Assembly (NCBI RefSeq): GCF_001194135.2
Contig: NC_068999.1
Location: forward strand, 36,161,256-36,225,255
Direction: 5' to 3'
Length of the DNA: 64,000 bases
Origin: Octopus bimaculoides
Taxonomy: Eukaryota
The first letter of the stretch is position 1. Every line of letters starts with the position of its first letter. Below are positions 1 to 12,366 of this stretch, piece after piece. The translations under genes and the position numbers were made by a program. The notes beneath the pieces were generated by a model. The model had not been told where the DNA came from and did no database searches. It was given only the letters and a program-made list of their open reading frames with translations.

Positions 1-181
1 AAACATCAGCAACAAGGTATTTTTATTTGTATGTATGGATGGATGGATGGTTGGATGGTTGGATGGATGGATGGATGGATGGATGCATGTCTTTATGTAT
101 GCATGTATATGTGCAGATTTGTATGTTTTATGTATGTATTCTCATGCATATCGTTGCATATCTGGACATGCTCATATATAT

Positions 182-1634
182 TTAAATAATAAACTTCTGG
201 AAAGTTTTACTGATTTTTATAGTTCCAGTGATGGATAGGATTTGTAGTCTTCGAATTAGCTTTCTCTTTTCTGGTTTTGAGGAGCCTAATTTCTCAAGAT
301 TGCTATATAGGCAGTGTGTTACATAACCCAGAGCCCCCATAATTACAGGTATGAACCTGATCTTGTAATCTGGATAGAATAACTGCAAATTTCTCAATAG
401 TTAAGCGTAAGTATTCTCTTTTTCACTCATCTTCAGCTTTACGATAACATCCACTGGGCAGTTTATTTCCACAACTCTACACAGCTTCTCTTCTCTATCC
501 CAAATCATTATATCAGGTCTGTTGTGCTTATATTTTATTGAGGTTTTCACTGGGACATTCCACCAGTACTCCTTTTTATTGTGAGTTGCTATCACTTCTA
601 CCATACTGTGGGTTCTTATTCCTTTGTCCTCAGGGTTGTTCTGGCGGATTTCATCATACAGTGTCCTGTCTACAACATCGTGCCTCATCGGTAGATAATA
701 CCGTGTTGACTTTTTCGGACAACTGCTTATGATGTGGGTGATATCTTCGGTGTTAATTCCACAAAATCTGTATCGCTTGTCACAGTTTACTGCTTTTCCT
801 CCATTTCTATCCCTTGCATCAGATACTTGGTTGATATTTCCTGTTCCTGAATTGCAAACGCACACCCTTCAAAGTGGGAGGTAGTAATCCGGTTATTGGT
901 CCACGAAAATCTGCTTCGATGATCAATGTTACTATCATCTCGAAGCCTTCTGCTAACATATCCATGCATAGTCTTCTGCTCATATAGGTTCATCCTTTCA
1001 TCTGATGATACATTGATGTAGAGTCGTGCGACTTCTTTGGGCGTGTATTTTAGGTTACCAGACAATGAATGTTGCTCAAGGAGCTGCCTTCCAAGTCTTA
1101 TGATGCTATCAGACTCATGTATGCAAACTTGGTCAAGGGATGCACTTCGACACTCGGTGGTTAAAAGATGTTGTCGAAGAGATATATGACATTCAAAGGC
1201 ATTTTGGATCGCTATTATGCCTTTACCACCTTGTTTTCGTTTCAGGTAGGGCGGTCTACATCACTGTTTATGTGAATAGTGTGTGCTTATTAGTATTTTA
1301 CAGGTTTTTACATCAATGGCGCGGATCTTATCAAACGTCCAATCAAGCAGCCCAAATATTGGTATGAGTACTGGCACTGGAAACACATTGTGGGCCACTA
1401 TTTTATTGAATGCAGAGAATCTGAGATCCAACTTTTCTTTATTCGGTTGTAATATTCTTTAGTGAGACATGTTCTGTCATAGGTGCCATTGTAAGATATG
1501 CTTTCATCCACTCTTAGATATCTGTAACATTCCTCGTCAGATATAGTAGAAACAGGCGCATCATTAATGGAGATATTGCTAGTACAGTTTATAATTTTCT
1601 CCCTTTTCACAATCATATAACAATATTTTTGCAT
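182..1634 (-). mobile_element. 5'-truncated, degenerate R4-clade (RLE-type) non-LTR retrotransposon: end of RT, CCHC knuckle and restriction-like endonuclease
   Basis: Minus-strand ORF pieces: YRYLRVDES (RT thumb region); RFCGINTEDITHIISSCPK..RHDVV (CCHC plus RHD); HNRPDIMIWDREEKLCRVVEINCP..EKENTY (PD..E.K nuclease); IPVIMGALG. Broken by stops and frameshifts. Confidence 0.85.
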
Positions 1635-1680
1635 GTATGTATGTATGCATGTATGTATGTATGTATGTATGTATGTAAGT

Positions 1681-2065
1681 GTGGAGGCGCAATGGCCCAG
1701 TGGTTAGGGCAGCGGACTCGTGGTCATAGAATCGCGGTTTCGATTCCCAGACCGGGCGTTGTGAGTGTTTATTGAGCGAAAACACCTAAAGCTCCACGAG
1801 GCAGCGGATGGTGGCGAACCCTGCTGTACTCTTTCGCCACAACTTTCTCTCGCTCTTTCTTCCTGTTTCTGTTGTGCCTATAATTCAAAGGGGTCAGCCT
1901 TGTCCCACTGTGTCACGCTGAATATCCCCGAGAACAACGTTAAGGCTACACGTATCTGTGGAGTGCTCAGCCACCTGCACGTTAATATCACGAGCAGGCT
2001 GTTCCGTTGATCGGATCAACTGGAACCCTCGACGTCGTAAGCGACGGAGTGCCAACAACAACAAC
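1681..2065 (+). mobile_element. tRNA-derived SINE, family A (full length)
   Basis: A box (TGGCCCAGTGG) and B box (GGTTTCGATTCC), 3' (AAC)n tail; near-identical inverted copy at 29802-30184. Confidence 0.85.
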
Positions 2066-2454
2066 ATGTATGTATGTAAGTACGTATGTATGTATGTATG
2101 TACGTATGTATGCATGTACATATGTATGTATGTACGTATGTATGTATGTATGTACGTATGTATCTGTGTATATATACAACTGACGCATGCACCAGCAGCA
2201 ACCCACTTGGTTAAAAAACTGTGTTCATCTGCATTTCTAAGTTGCTCTTAATAAATTTTCTAGGTGGATACAAAAGAGTATTAATCAAGTCCTAGGATCG
2301 CTGGTATCGATTAACCTTTTTTCAATTTTGATATATCTAACACACCAGGTATACATCTAAGAAAATAGATCTAAGAAAATAGACTTCTGTACTGAAGTCA
2401 TATAACTTTACAAATATCTATCGCATTCTCTGTAAAGAAATGACATGATATTTT

Positions 2455-2662
2455 TTATTCAGTCGTTAGACTGCGGCAATGCCGGGCACTGCCATTTGAA
2501 AATTTTTGTTCGACGAATCGACCCCAGTACTTTTTGTTCTTCTTTTTCAAGTCTGGTAAATTATTCTATAGGCCTCTTGTGCCGAGCCGTTAAATTAGGG
2601 TGACATAAATGCACCAACAGCAGTCCTCAAGCGGTATGGTGAGTGACGGGGTGAGGACAAAC
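2455..2662 (-). mobile_element. 3' tail module of SINE family D
   Basis: 'cagtcgttagactgcggcaatgc...gaatcgaccccagtac' matches the tails at 7805, 26600 and 50155. Confidence 0.55.
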
Positions 2663-2753
2663 AAAACTTGCGCTTGATTCTCTGGCCGATAACTGATGAG
2701 GGTTTGTCGACCTTTTGTGACTGTTTTTCGTTTGTTTGTGCATAGATTGTGAT

Positions 2754-3070
2754 GGCGCGTGGCTTAGTGGTCAGGGCATTCGGCTCATGATCGTAAGGTC
2801 GTGAGTTCAATTCCCGGCGACGCGTTGTGTCCTTGAGCAAGACATTTTATTACACGTTGCTCCAGTCCACTCAGCTGGCAAAAATGAGTAGTACCTGTAT
2901 TTCAAAGGGCCGGCCTTGTCACACTCTGTGTCACGCTGAATCTCCCTGAGAACTACATTAGGGGTACACGTGTCTGAGGAATGCTCAGCCACTTGCACGT
3001 TAATTTCACGAGCAAGCTGTTCCGTTGATCGTATAAGCTGGGACCCTCGTCGTCGTAAGCGACGGACTGC
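2754..3070 (+). mobile_element. tRNA-derived CORE-like SINE, family B (shares its 3' tail with family A)
   Basis: A box TGGCTTAGTGG, B box GAGTTCAATTCC, then 'gtgtccttgagcaagaca...cactcagctggcaaaaatgagta' resembling the CORE domain; tail from 'tcaaaggg..ccttgtcacac' matches the second half of 1681-2065. Confidence 0.8.
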
Positions 3071-3250
3071 TCCTTATTTTTTGTGCATAGATTACATGCT
3101 TTCTACATTTTTTATTTTATGGAATGCCACATACTTTTATTTTGTTTACATTGTTTTTATACTTTCTACGACATCTATTTCTCTCCTTTCTGTTCCTTTC
3201 TCTCCCTCTCCCACCTTCTCTCTCCTTTTCACCCTCTCTTCCTCTTTCTC

Positions 3251-3294
<44 letters not shown>

Positions 3295-4002
3295 GTTCTC
3301 CCCTTCCCTCTCTACATTTCCTCTGTACCGGTATTTGCTCCTATCTTTTGCTTTCGTTCTCCCTGTCCCTCTCTAATTTCTGTGTCCTCTGCCCTCTACC
3401 ACTTTTCTCTCTCCTACTACTGACACGTGACCTGTGGTCATCGTCCTATTTTATTCTCTATTCCTTTTCAGGCAGACGACGGAAGCGACTAGTATTTTCT
3501 TTCGTCTCCCACTTTGAACACGTTTTGCTGTCTCTCTGTTGTCCTTTTTCTAATCCTTTAGGATATTCCTCCTTAGCGTTAACCAAATTTTTGTCTCCTG
3601 TCTGGCTCTCAGGCCATATTCTGTTTATTTATTTTAGAAATCAGCCATAAACTGATAGGTATAGGGTTCGATTCTCTGCAGAGGCTAGCTAGCCACATTC
3701 TCTGTCTTCTAAAGGTATTTACTCTATTTTTATACTGTTTTCTCAGCCATCCTGCGTACGATATAAATATATATATATATATATACACACATACATATAT
3801 ATATANNNNNNNNNNNNNNNNNNNNNNNNNNNNNNNNNNNNNNNNNNNNNNNNNNNNNNNNNNNNNNNNNNNNNNNNNNNNNNNNNNNNNNNNNNNNNNN
3901 NNNNNNNNNNNNNNNNNNNNNNNNNNNNNNNNNNNNNNNNNNNNNNNNNNNNNNNNNNNNNNNNNNNNNNNNNNNNNNNNNNNNNNNNNNNNNNNNNNNN
4001 NN

Positions 4003-4173
4003 AATATGTGACAATTATTCAGTTGCCATAATAAATCTCCGAGTTTCGCATGTCGGGGCGGAAATCTGACAAACAAACAAAAGTGCTATGAAAATGAGCG
4101 TTAGACAAAGGGCAATTCAAATAAAGATGACCGTTATTAAGACATAACAAAAGGGTTATTAGAATGACCGTTA
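4003..4173 (+). repeat. left arm of an inverted repeat pair (partner 6260-6448)
   Basis: 'aatatgtgacaattattc..ccataataa..ctccgagtttcg.atgtcggggcggaaa' is the reverse complement of 6391-6448; similarity continues to 'attagaatgaccg'. Confidence 0.75.
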
Positions 4174-5364
4174 AATAAAGGGAAAAACCCGAAAGGGGAG
4201 AATGTAAATACCGCTCATATAATTCGCGTATGCGTGCATATACATACATACACATGCCCGCAAGCACACCCATGTACATGTGCATATATGCATATGCTCA
4301 CTCAAACACGCGTGAAACACATACATGCACACCCACACACACACACACCTATATGGATACATATATATGCAACCATACACATGTAGACATATACATATTC
4401 ATTCTTTTACTGTCATACTATTAGTATTAGTATATATNNNNNNNNNNNNNNNNNNNNNNNNNNNNNNNNNNNNNNNNNNNNNNNNNNNNNNNNNNNNNNN
4501 NNNNNNNNNNNNNNNNNNNNNNNNNNNNNNNNNNNNNNNNNNNNNNNNNNNNNNNNNNNNNNNNNNNNNNNNNNNNNNNNNNNNNNNNNNNNNNNNNNNN
4601 NNNNNNNNNNNNNNNNNNNNNNNNNNNNNNNNNNNNNNNNNNNNNNNNNNNNNNNNNNNNNNNNNNNNNNNNNNNNNNNNNNNNNNNNNNNNNNNNNNNN
4701 NNNNNNNNNNNNNNNNNNNNNNNNNNNNNNNNNNNNNNNNNNNNNNNNNNNNNNNNNNNNNNNNNNNNNNNNNNNNNNNNNNNNNNNNNNNNNNNNNNNN
4801 NNNNNNNNNNNNNNNNNNNNNNNNNNNNNNNNNNNNNNNNNNNNNNNNNNNNNNNNNNNNNNNNNNNNNNNNNNNNNNNNNNNNNNNNNNNNNNNNNNNN
4901 NNNNNNNNNNNNNNNNNNNNNNNNNNNNNNNNNNNNNNNNNNNNNNNNNNNNNNNNNNNNNNNNNNNNNNNNNNNNNNNNNNNNNNNNNNNNNNNNNNNN
5001 NNNNNNNNNNNNNNNNNNNNNNNNNNNNNNNNNNNNNNNNNNNNNNNNNNNNNNNNNNNNNNNNNNNNNNNNNNNNNNNNNNNNNNNNNNNNNNNNNNNN
5101 NNNNNNNNNNNNNNNNNNNNNNNNNNNNNNNNNNNNNNNNNNNNNNNNNNNNNNNNNNNNNNNNNNNNNNNNNNNNNNNNNNNNNNNNNNNNNNNNNNNN
5201 NNNNNNNNNNNNNNNNNNNNNNNNNNNNNNNNNNNNNNNNNNNNNNNNNNNNNNNNNNNNNNNNNNNNNNNNNNNNNNNNNNNNNNNNNNNNNNNNNNNN
5301 NNNNNNNNNNNNNNNNNNNNNNNNNNNNNNNNNNNNNNNNNNNNNNNNTATATATACGTGTGTG

Positions 5365-5395
<31 letters not shown>

Positions 5396-5674
5396 GTGAG
5401 AGAGACAAGGAAAATGAGAAGGAGAAAGGAAGCGTGAAAATTAACTAGCTTCGTAGAAAAATGAGTAATGAGTAAATTAGATATATGAAGATGTTGCAAA
5501 ATGAAAGACAGAGAGGTAGAAAGAGATAGAAAGAGGAAGGAGTACAAATTGAAGTATATTGATGTGTAAATTATGTCATCGAAAGTTTTCAGTTTGCTCC
5601 TTCCAAACATGAAATCGATAAATCGTATATTTGAAAATGCTTTACTCTAGTAGTTCAGATGGAATGTCTATATA

Positions 5675-5707
5675 ATAATGATGATGATGATGATGATGAT
5701 GATTATA

Positions 5708-5794
<87 letters not shown>

Positions 5795-5815
5795 GTAATA
5801 ATAATAAAAACAATG
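5675..5815. repeat. (ATG)n/(ATA)n compound microsatellite
   Basis: Direct reading. Confidence 0.95.
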
Positions 5816-6259
5816 GTAAATAAAATTTTACACAAGATTATTGGCGGAAGAAATCAGCAATAACATTAATGATAATAACAACAACAACAAAAACATCAGG
5901 AAAAATAATGAGGAGGAGAAGGAGAATGGTAATGAGGAGATAGAGGAGGAGAAGGGGAGCAACAGAATACCATTATTTTCCTTTGGGTTTTCTTAAAAAT
6001 TTATTGAAGATATCAGAATTTTTAAAAAATCTTTTTGAAAATTTTATATGCGAGTGTTTGTGTGTTTGTGTGTTTGTGTGTGTGTAAGTGTGTATCTTTT
6101 AAGTTGAGTATGTGTACGCACGTGCATTGAGAGAGAAAGGGAGAAAGAGAAAGGGTGAGGGGTCTCAGTGTTGTGCTCTTGTTACTACGCAGACCGAAAC
6201 CTAAGAAAGTGAAGAGTGAGGGGAGGGAGTGAAGGTAAGGGAGTAAAAATTTCCTCACC

Positions 6260-6448
6260 TAGCGGTCATTCTAATAGCACTTTTGTCTTCATAACGGTCA
6301 ATCACACAGTAATTTCCCTTTGTTTAAGGGTTATTTTCATAGCGTTTGTTTCGATGGCCAGACAACTGAAGAGATAGCGGCGTGGGTTTCCGCCCCGACA
6401 TTCGAAACTCGGAGTCTTATTATGGCTTCCGAATAATTGTCACATATT
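6260..6448 (-). repeat. right arm of the inverted repeat pair (partner 4003-4173)
   Basis: Reverse complement aligns with 4003-4173 with one internal indel; followed closely by (TA)n(TG)n. Confidence 0.75.
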
Positions 6449-6456
6449 ATTTACAG

Positions 6457-6491
<35 letters not shown>

Positions 6492-7804
6492 CGTGCGTGC
6501 GTGTGTGTGTGCATATGTGTGTGCGTGTGTGTGTGTGCGTGCGTGTGTAACATGATTCCACGCATCCATTTCCAAGTTATATATATATGTGTATGTGTGT
6601 GTGTATGTAAGTATGTATGTATATCTATATATTTATATATACACCCACACGTATGTATCACATGTCTATATGTACGTACTTATGCATGCATGTATGTTAA
6701 ATTCCGCTCGAGCGAAACTATATATATTGCATATTCAAAGCAAATACAATTTAGCAAAATCAAAATTTCATGTTTATTGTTTATTGTTAATCTTAATTTG
6801 CTTTTAACTTTCGTTCACGTTTATCATACAAGCAAACATATACATATTTTTGTAAGCGTGTGTGCGTGCGCGCATGCCGGAGTGTATGTGTATGTATGTG
6901 TGTGTATGTATGTGTGTGTAAGTCTCTGAGTACGTGTATGAGTCTGTGTGTGTGTTCTTTCAACCTTAGATTTTAATATTAGTGTTTCGTGAACCCTGAT
7001 TCAAAACATTGGTGTTTATTTCTCATTAGCTAACGTTTCCGTTTCAAATATTGAATAATTTTACATTGCATGTTGTTTCCGATAATGTTCTTTTTTAATT
7101 GTCTCTCTTATTATATGCATGTGCATATAGTGCGCATGCGCATTGATTTGTGATTGTAATTACGAGTATGTTTTTTTTCTGTTTCGGTATTGAGAACTTC
7201 TTGTCTTTTTTTTTTTTACCTTTACTGCTTGAGAAGCTTGTTTATTTCGAAATAAAATTAGTGAATCGCCGGAGAGAAATCACCAGAGGCTTTTCAGAAG
7301 CATTTAGATCTTTTGTTTTAATGACAAATAATACAGCTGGAGATGCTACTTAAATAGTTATATGGAAAGACAAGAGACTTGTTAGAAACTGTACCTGCTA
7401 AATATAGCACCCAAATCTTTCTCAAATCACAAGCAAATGTTTTAATGCAGGGAAGAACATTGGATAATATCGTCGTATATAGAGACAAAGGCGAGACGGT
7501 CACAGCTAGAACACGACTGATCATAGTTCAGAATCAGCATTGTTTTGCTGATGATTATAATTGATAAAATACAAATGATAGTACGCGATTGCATGTACAT
7601 TTTCGGGATCCAGTTATGTCTGTCGCACCATCTTGAAAGAAAATATCGGAAAATGTAGTTCAGGCTGTTTCATTGTCGAATTTTAGTTGGCAAGATTCTT
7701 GGTGTCAACGTATGTGTTGAAACAGATTTTGCTGTATCCCGGTTGGGTCATTATGCCAATGATAGACACACACTGATTTTATTTCACTTCTGTTATATTT
7801 TACT

Positions 7805-8215
7805 TGTTTCCGTCATTAGACTGCACACATGCCGGGGTACACCTTGAAGTGTTTTATTCGAATGAATAGACTCCCCCAAAAATATAATCCTGTTACTCAT
7901 TCTTATGGTCTCTTTGGCCGAACAGCTAAGTTACAGAGACGTAAACACACCAACACTGGTTGTCAAGGAGTGGTCGGGGATAAACACAAACACCATGATA
8001 CCCACGCACAAACAAACACACATGCACACACACATACGCACATATACGACTGGTTTCTATCCAGTTTCCGTCTAGAGAATCTACTCAGAAGGCTTTGATC
8101 AGGCCGAGACCATAGTAGAAGACATTTGCCCAAAGTGCCATGCAACGGAACTGATTTCAGAGCCATGCGGTTGGGAAGAAAGCTTTTTACCACAAAATTT
8201 TCAAGGCCTGTGCCT
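7805..8215 (-). mobile_element. SINE family D (head, internal (TG)n-rich tract, tail)
   Basis: Reverse complement of the head 'ggcacagg...gtggtaa..agc...gttcagt.ccgttgcatggcactttgggcaaatgtcttctactat'; same layout at 26600, 50155 and 61771. Confidence 0.75.
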
Positions 8216-8576
8216 ACTATTGTTTATTATCCGTTAATTGGTTAACTATCTAACCAATTAACTAATCGATTGTTAAAATGAGTTATTTGATTAATCAACC
8301 AGTCAGTTATATCTGTCAAAGACCACTCGTCTGTCTGGTCCGAAAGGTGATTTGGAGTCGACAGGATATGTCATTGTGGTGACTGCGAACAGCGACGAAT
8401 GGACTTTGTGAAACAAGTCTGAGTGATTGACCGAATGATTAATCGATTCATCAATTAGTTATTTGGTTAAATATTTAAAATATTGAAGAATAATACACAA
8501 ATGTGGTTTTATCATTAAAACAGCATTTGATAATGTGAGAGTCAGAAATTCTTTGATCATAGACCTAGTATTTATT

Positions 8577-8805
8577 TCTTTATTGCCCACAAGGAGCTAA
8601 ACATAGAGGGGACAAACAAGGACAGACAAAGGGTTTAAGTTGATTACATCGACCCCAGTGCGTGACTGGTACTTATTTAATCGACCCCGAAAGTATGAAA
8701 GGCATAGTTGACCTCGGCGGAATTTCAACTCAGAAAGTACCGTCAGACGAAATACCGCTAAGCATTTCGCCCGGCGTGTTAACGTTTCTGCCAGCTCGCC
8801 GCTTT
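8577..8805 (-). mobile_element. tRNA-derived SINE family E
   Basis: Minus strand 'gcggcgagctggcagaaacg...gagttgaaattccgccgaggtcaactatgcctttcatactttcggggtcgat'; many copies in the window. Confidence 0.85.
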
Positions 8806-9435
8806 AGGATGACCTAGTATTAAACAACATCAACAACAAATCAGAGCCCGCAAGCAAATGATGAAGTCGTTACATGGAAGTTAGTTCTGCTAAAAATAGT
8901 TACGAAATATCTCTCAAATTACACCCAATTATCTTATAGTCAGAGTTAGCAACTACTTAGAAATGGGACGAGACGATGGAACAGTCACAGCTGAAATTAT
9001 TATAGCCATAGGCTTGTTGGAAAGGGGATGGCCAACAGTTAAACAACAACAACGTCAATCGACGTGAGATCCTCTATGCATTTATCGTTGTTGTTGTTGT
9101 TGTTGTTGTTGTCCTTTAGCCCCAGGTCAGCATTGCTTTATCAAACGCGTTATGAAAGATACTGCAACACTGAGAATCCAGTCTGTTTTGTACATGATGT
9201 ATCAACGACAACATTGCTGAATGTTTTTCCTTTTCGTAAAAAAAAACAATAGGATGTATTTCGCTGGTTGTTTTGGGCAAATGCAGTGGCCATAAAAAAA
9301 AAGGTTCCATTGTCGTTGTTAGTAGTGTAAAAAGACAAAGTAGAAATTTGAAGACGATGGAAACAAGGGAAGGTTTAGAGTCACAGGGACATCAATGTGC
9401 ACTGTCACGTGATTAGGTTTAAAGGTGCCGAAGGG

Positions 9436-9578
9436 GAAGAAGAAGAAGAAGAAGAAGAAGAAGAAGAAGAAGAAGAAGAAGAAGAAGAAGACGATGGTGC
9501 TGGTGATGATGATGATGAGGGAAGAAGAAGAAGAAGAAGAAGAAGAAGAAGAAGAAGAAGAAGAAGAAGAAGAAGAAG

Positions 9579-9625
<47 letters not shown>
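9436..9625. repeat. compound (GAA)n-(GAT)n-(GAA)n-(CAA)n microsatellite
   Basis: Direct reading. Confidence 0.95.
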
Positions 9626-10094
9626 AAATTAGTCNNNNNNNNNNNNNNNNNNNNNNNNNNNNNNNNNNNNNNNNNNNNNNNNNNNNNNNNNNNNNNNNNN
9701 NNNNNNNNNNNNNNNNNNNNNNNNNNNNNNNNNNNNNNNNNNNNNNNNNNNNNNNNNNNNNNNNNNNNNNNNNNNNNNNNNNNNNNNNNNNNNNNNNNNN
9801 NNNNNNNNNNNNNNNNNNNNNNNNNNNNNNNNNNNNNNNNNNNNNNNNNNNNNNNNNNNNNNNNNNNNNNNNNNNNNNNNNNNNNNNNNNNNNNNNNNNN
9901 NNNNNNNNNNNNNNNNNNNNNNNNNNNNNNNNNNNNNNNNNNNNNNNNNNNNNNNNNNNNNNNNNNNNNNNNNNNNNNNNNNNNNNNNNNNNNNNNNNNN
10001 NNNNNNNNNNNNNNNNNNNNNNNNNNNNNNNNNNNNNNNNNNNNNNNNNNNNNNNNNNNNNNNNNNNNNNNNNNNNNNNNNNNNNNNNNNNNNN

Positions 10095-10147
<53 letters not shown>

Positions 10148-10947
10148 CGTACATACATAATGAGGGAGGGTAGGAAGGGCAGGTGGGCGTTTAATGTGCT
10201 TTTGGCATATAAGTCGTAGAATTTAGAGCCATTAGTAGCATAGATCTTACATGGGTCAGTAGACACGGTCAGCCTCGGTCGAGTAACTTGTTGTATAGTG
10301 AAAATATGCATTCAGGTGTTATATATCATACACGTATACATAGAAACATAAACGCGCGTGTGTATGTATGAGTGTGAGTGGGGGGATGGGCTGTTGCGAT
10401 GCACATGAATACAGGTACATACATGTGATAAATATACATAATTCGTACTTGTATATTTGGGAATATGTTATGCATATGAATATGCATAACATATATATAA
10501 ATACATACACACAAAGAAACACGCACAAATATATATATACGTATATATATACATATATACATATCTGTATACATATATATATATGTATACACACACATAT
10601 ACATATGTTTGTATATATGCATATATACACATGTATATATATATATATATATATAAATAGATATGCTTATATATGTATATGTATATGTAAGTGTGTGTAT
10701 GTATGTATGTATAAATATTTTATATATATATAACCATGTTTCCATACTTATATATAGATATGCTTATACATGTATATTTATATGATTATATTCATCAATG
10801 TGCATATATAAGGATATGTATATATATATGTGTGTGTGTGTGTGTGCGCGCGCGCATATATGCACATGGATACGTATATCTATTTTTGTAATAGAAGTGG
10901 AAAAGTAGTAAGCGGCACAATAGTAACAGTACAGGAACAGTAACGCC

Positions 10948-10948
10948 A

Positions 10949-10999
<51 letters not shown>

Positions 11000-11078
11000 C
11001 AGCAGCAGCGGCAGCAGCAGCGGCAGCAGCAGCGGCAGCAGCAGCGGCAGCAGCAGCGGCAGCAGCAGTAGTAGCAGC

Positions 11079-11122
<44 letters not shown>

Positions 11123-11214
11123 AAGAAGAAGGAGGAGGAGGAGGAGGAGAAGAAGAAGAAGAAGAAGATTAAGAATAAGAAGAAGAAGAAGATGAAGAAG
11201 AAGAAGAAGAAGAA
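10948..11214. repeat. compound (GTA)n-(GCA/GCG)n-(GTA)n-(GAA)-(GGA)-(GAA)n microsatellite
   Basis: Direct reading; includes about five 12-bp (GCA)3GCG units. Confidence 0.95.
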
Positions 11215-12109
11215 NNNNNNNNNNNNNNNNNNNNNNNNNNNNNNNNNNNNNNNNNNNNNNNNNNNNNNNNNNNNNNNNNNNNNNNNNNNNNNNNNNNNNN
11301 NNNNNNNNNNNNNNNNNNNNNNNNNNNNNNNNNNNNNNNNNNNNNNNNNNNNNNNNNNNNNNNNNNNNNNNNNNNNNNNNNNNNNNNNNNNNNNNNNNNN
11401 NNNNNNNNNNNNNNNNNNNNNNNNNNNNNNNNNNNNNNNNNNNNNNNNNNNNNNNNNNNNNNNNNNNNNNNNNNNNNNNNNNNNNNNNNNNNNNNNNNNN
11501 NNNNNNNNNNNNNNNNNNNNNNNNNNNNNNNNNNNNNNNNNNNNNNNNNNNNATATATTAGCATTTATACATATATATTTATATTTATCTATCTATCTAT
11601 CTATCTATATATGTGTGTGTGTGTGTGTCTCTGTGTGTGCGTGTGCGTGTCTGTGTGTGTGTGTATGTATATGTATATAGCTACACAGACGCACGCACAT
11701 TCATACACACACCCAAACACACACACATATCACTGCATACATATATATTTATGTGTGCATGCAAAATGTGTGTAGGGTAATATCCTAACACAGGTTAGCA
11801 TTACGTAGGAAGATAGATGATTGAACATCTTTTTATGTAAGTATGTACAATATGTGTGTGTATGTATGTGTTCGTGTCTGTGTATTTATTGGTATATGGG
11901 TATATGCACTCGGTTTTATGAAGCCCCATACATGAGTATATACACAGGTTTAAAATACTTTAGATATTATTGCAAGTAACCGTACTAGCAACCGTATATT
12001 AGAAATACGTATAAAGACACAGTCCACAAACTTTATACCTTCCCAAAGGAAAAGTAATCATATAATACCAAGAACAATTATACACCGGTTATAAACGTTT
12101 CACCCAATA

Positions 12110-12366
12110 TGTTGTATCCTCCGTCTCCAATGTCCTGGTACTGCCACGGATGGTTTAGATACACTGTACCAGTGTAGTGAGACTAAACAGGATAACGATG
12201 CAGTCGTAACAACAATGTAACGATCCAACAATCTCTTCACGAACCAACAATCAATATTCCAAACGACTAACCAACCAACACCTTCTGACTTCACTGCGAA
12301 CTCAACACAAACTTTACTCCGACGGCTACAATCTCGCAAGGGGACGTTGTGACTCTCATCACAACA
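12110..12366 (-). mobile_element. putative 3' LTR of a Ty3/Gypsy-type retroelement
   Basis: Perfect TGTTG...CAACA termini. On the minus strand it is immediately preceded by the 11-nt purine tract AAAAGGGGAAA (12367-12377), as expected for a PPT. No TSD found. Confidence 0.65.

Noticed and set aside
1681-1760. tRNA-like sequences at SINE heads (also 2754, 14165, 30100-30184)
   Set aside because: A and B boxes are present but there is no complete cloverleaf, and they continue into SINE bodies.
4325-5610. Long ORFs (300-430 aa) here and at 24.2-25.2, 44.2-45.3, 48.3-49.2, 55.5-56.8 and 60.5-61.3 kb
   Set aside because: Their length comes from N-runs (X residues) plus YI/HT/CV dinucleotide repeats.
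9397-11680. ORFs with poly-E/K/R/Q/V/A/S runs
   Set aside because: They are translations of trinucleotide microsatellites, open in several frames and running into N gaps.
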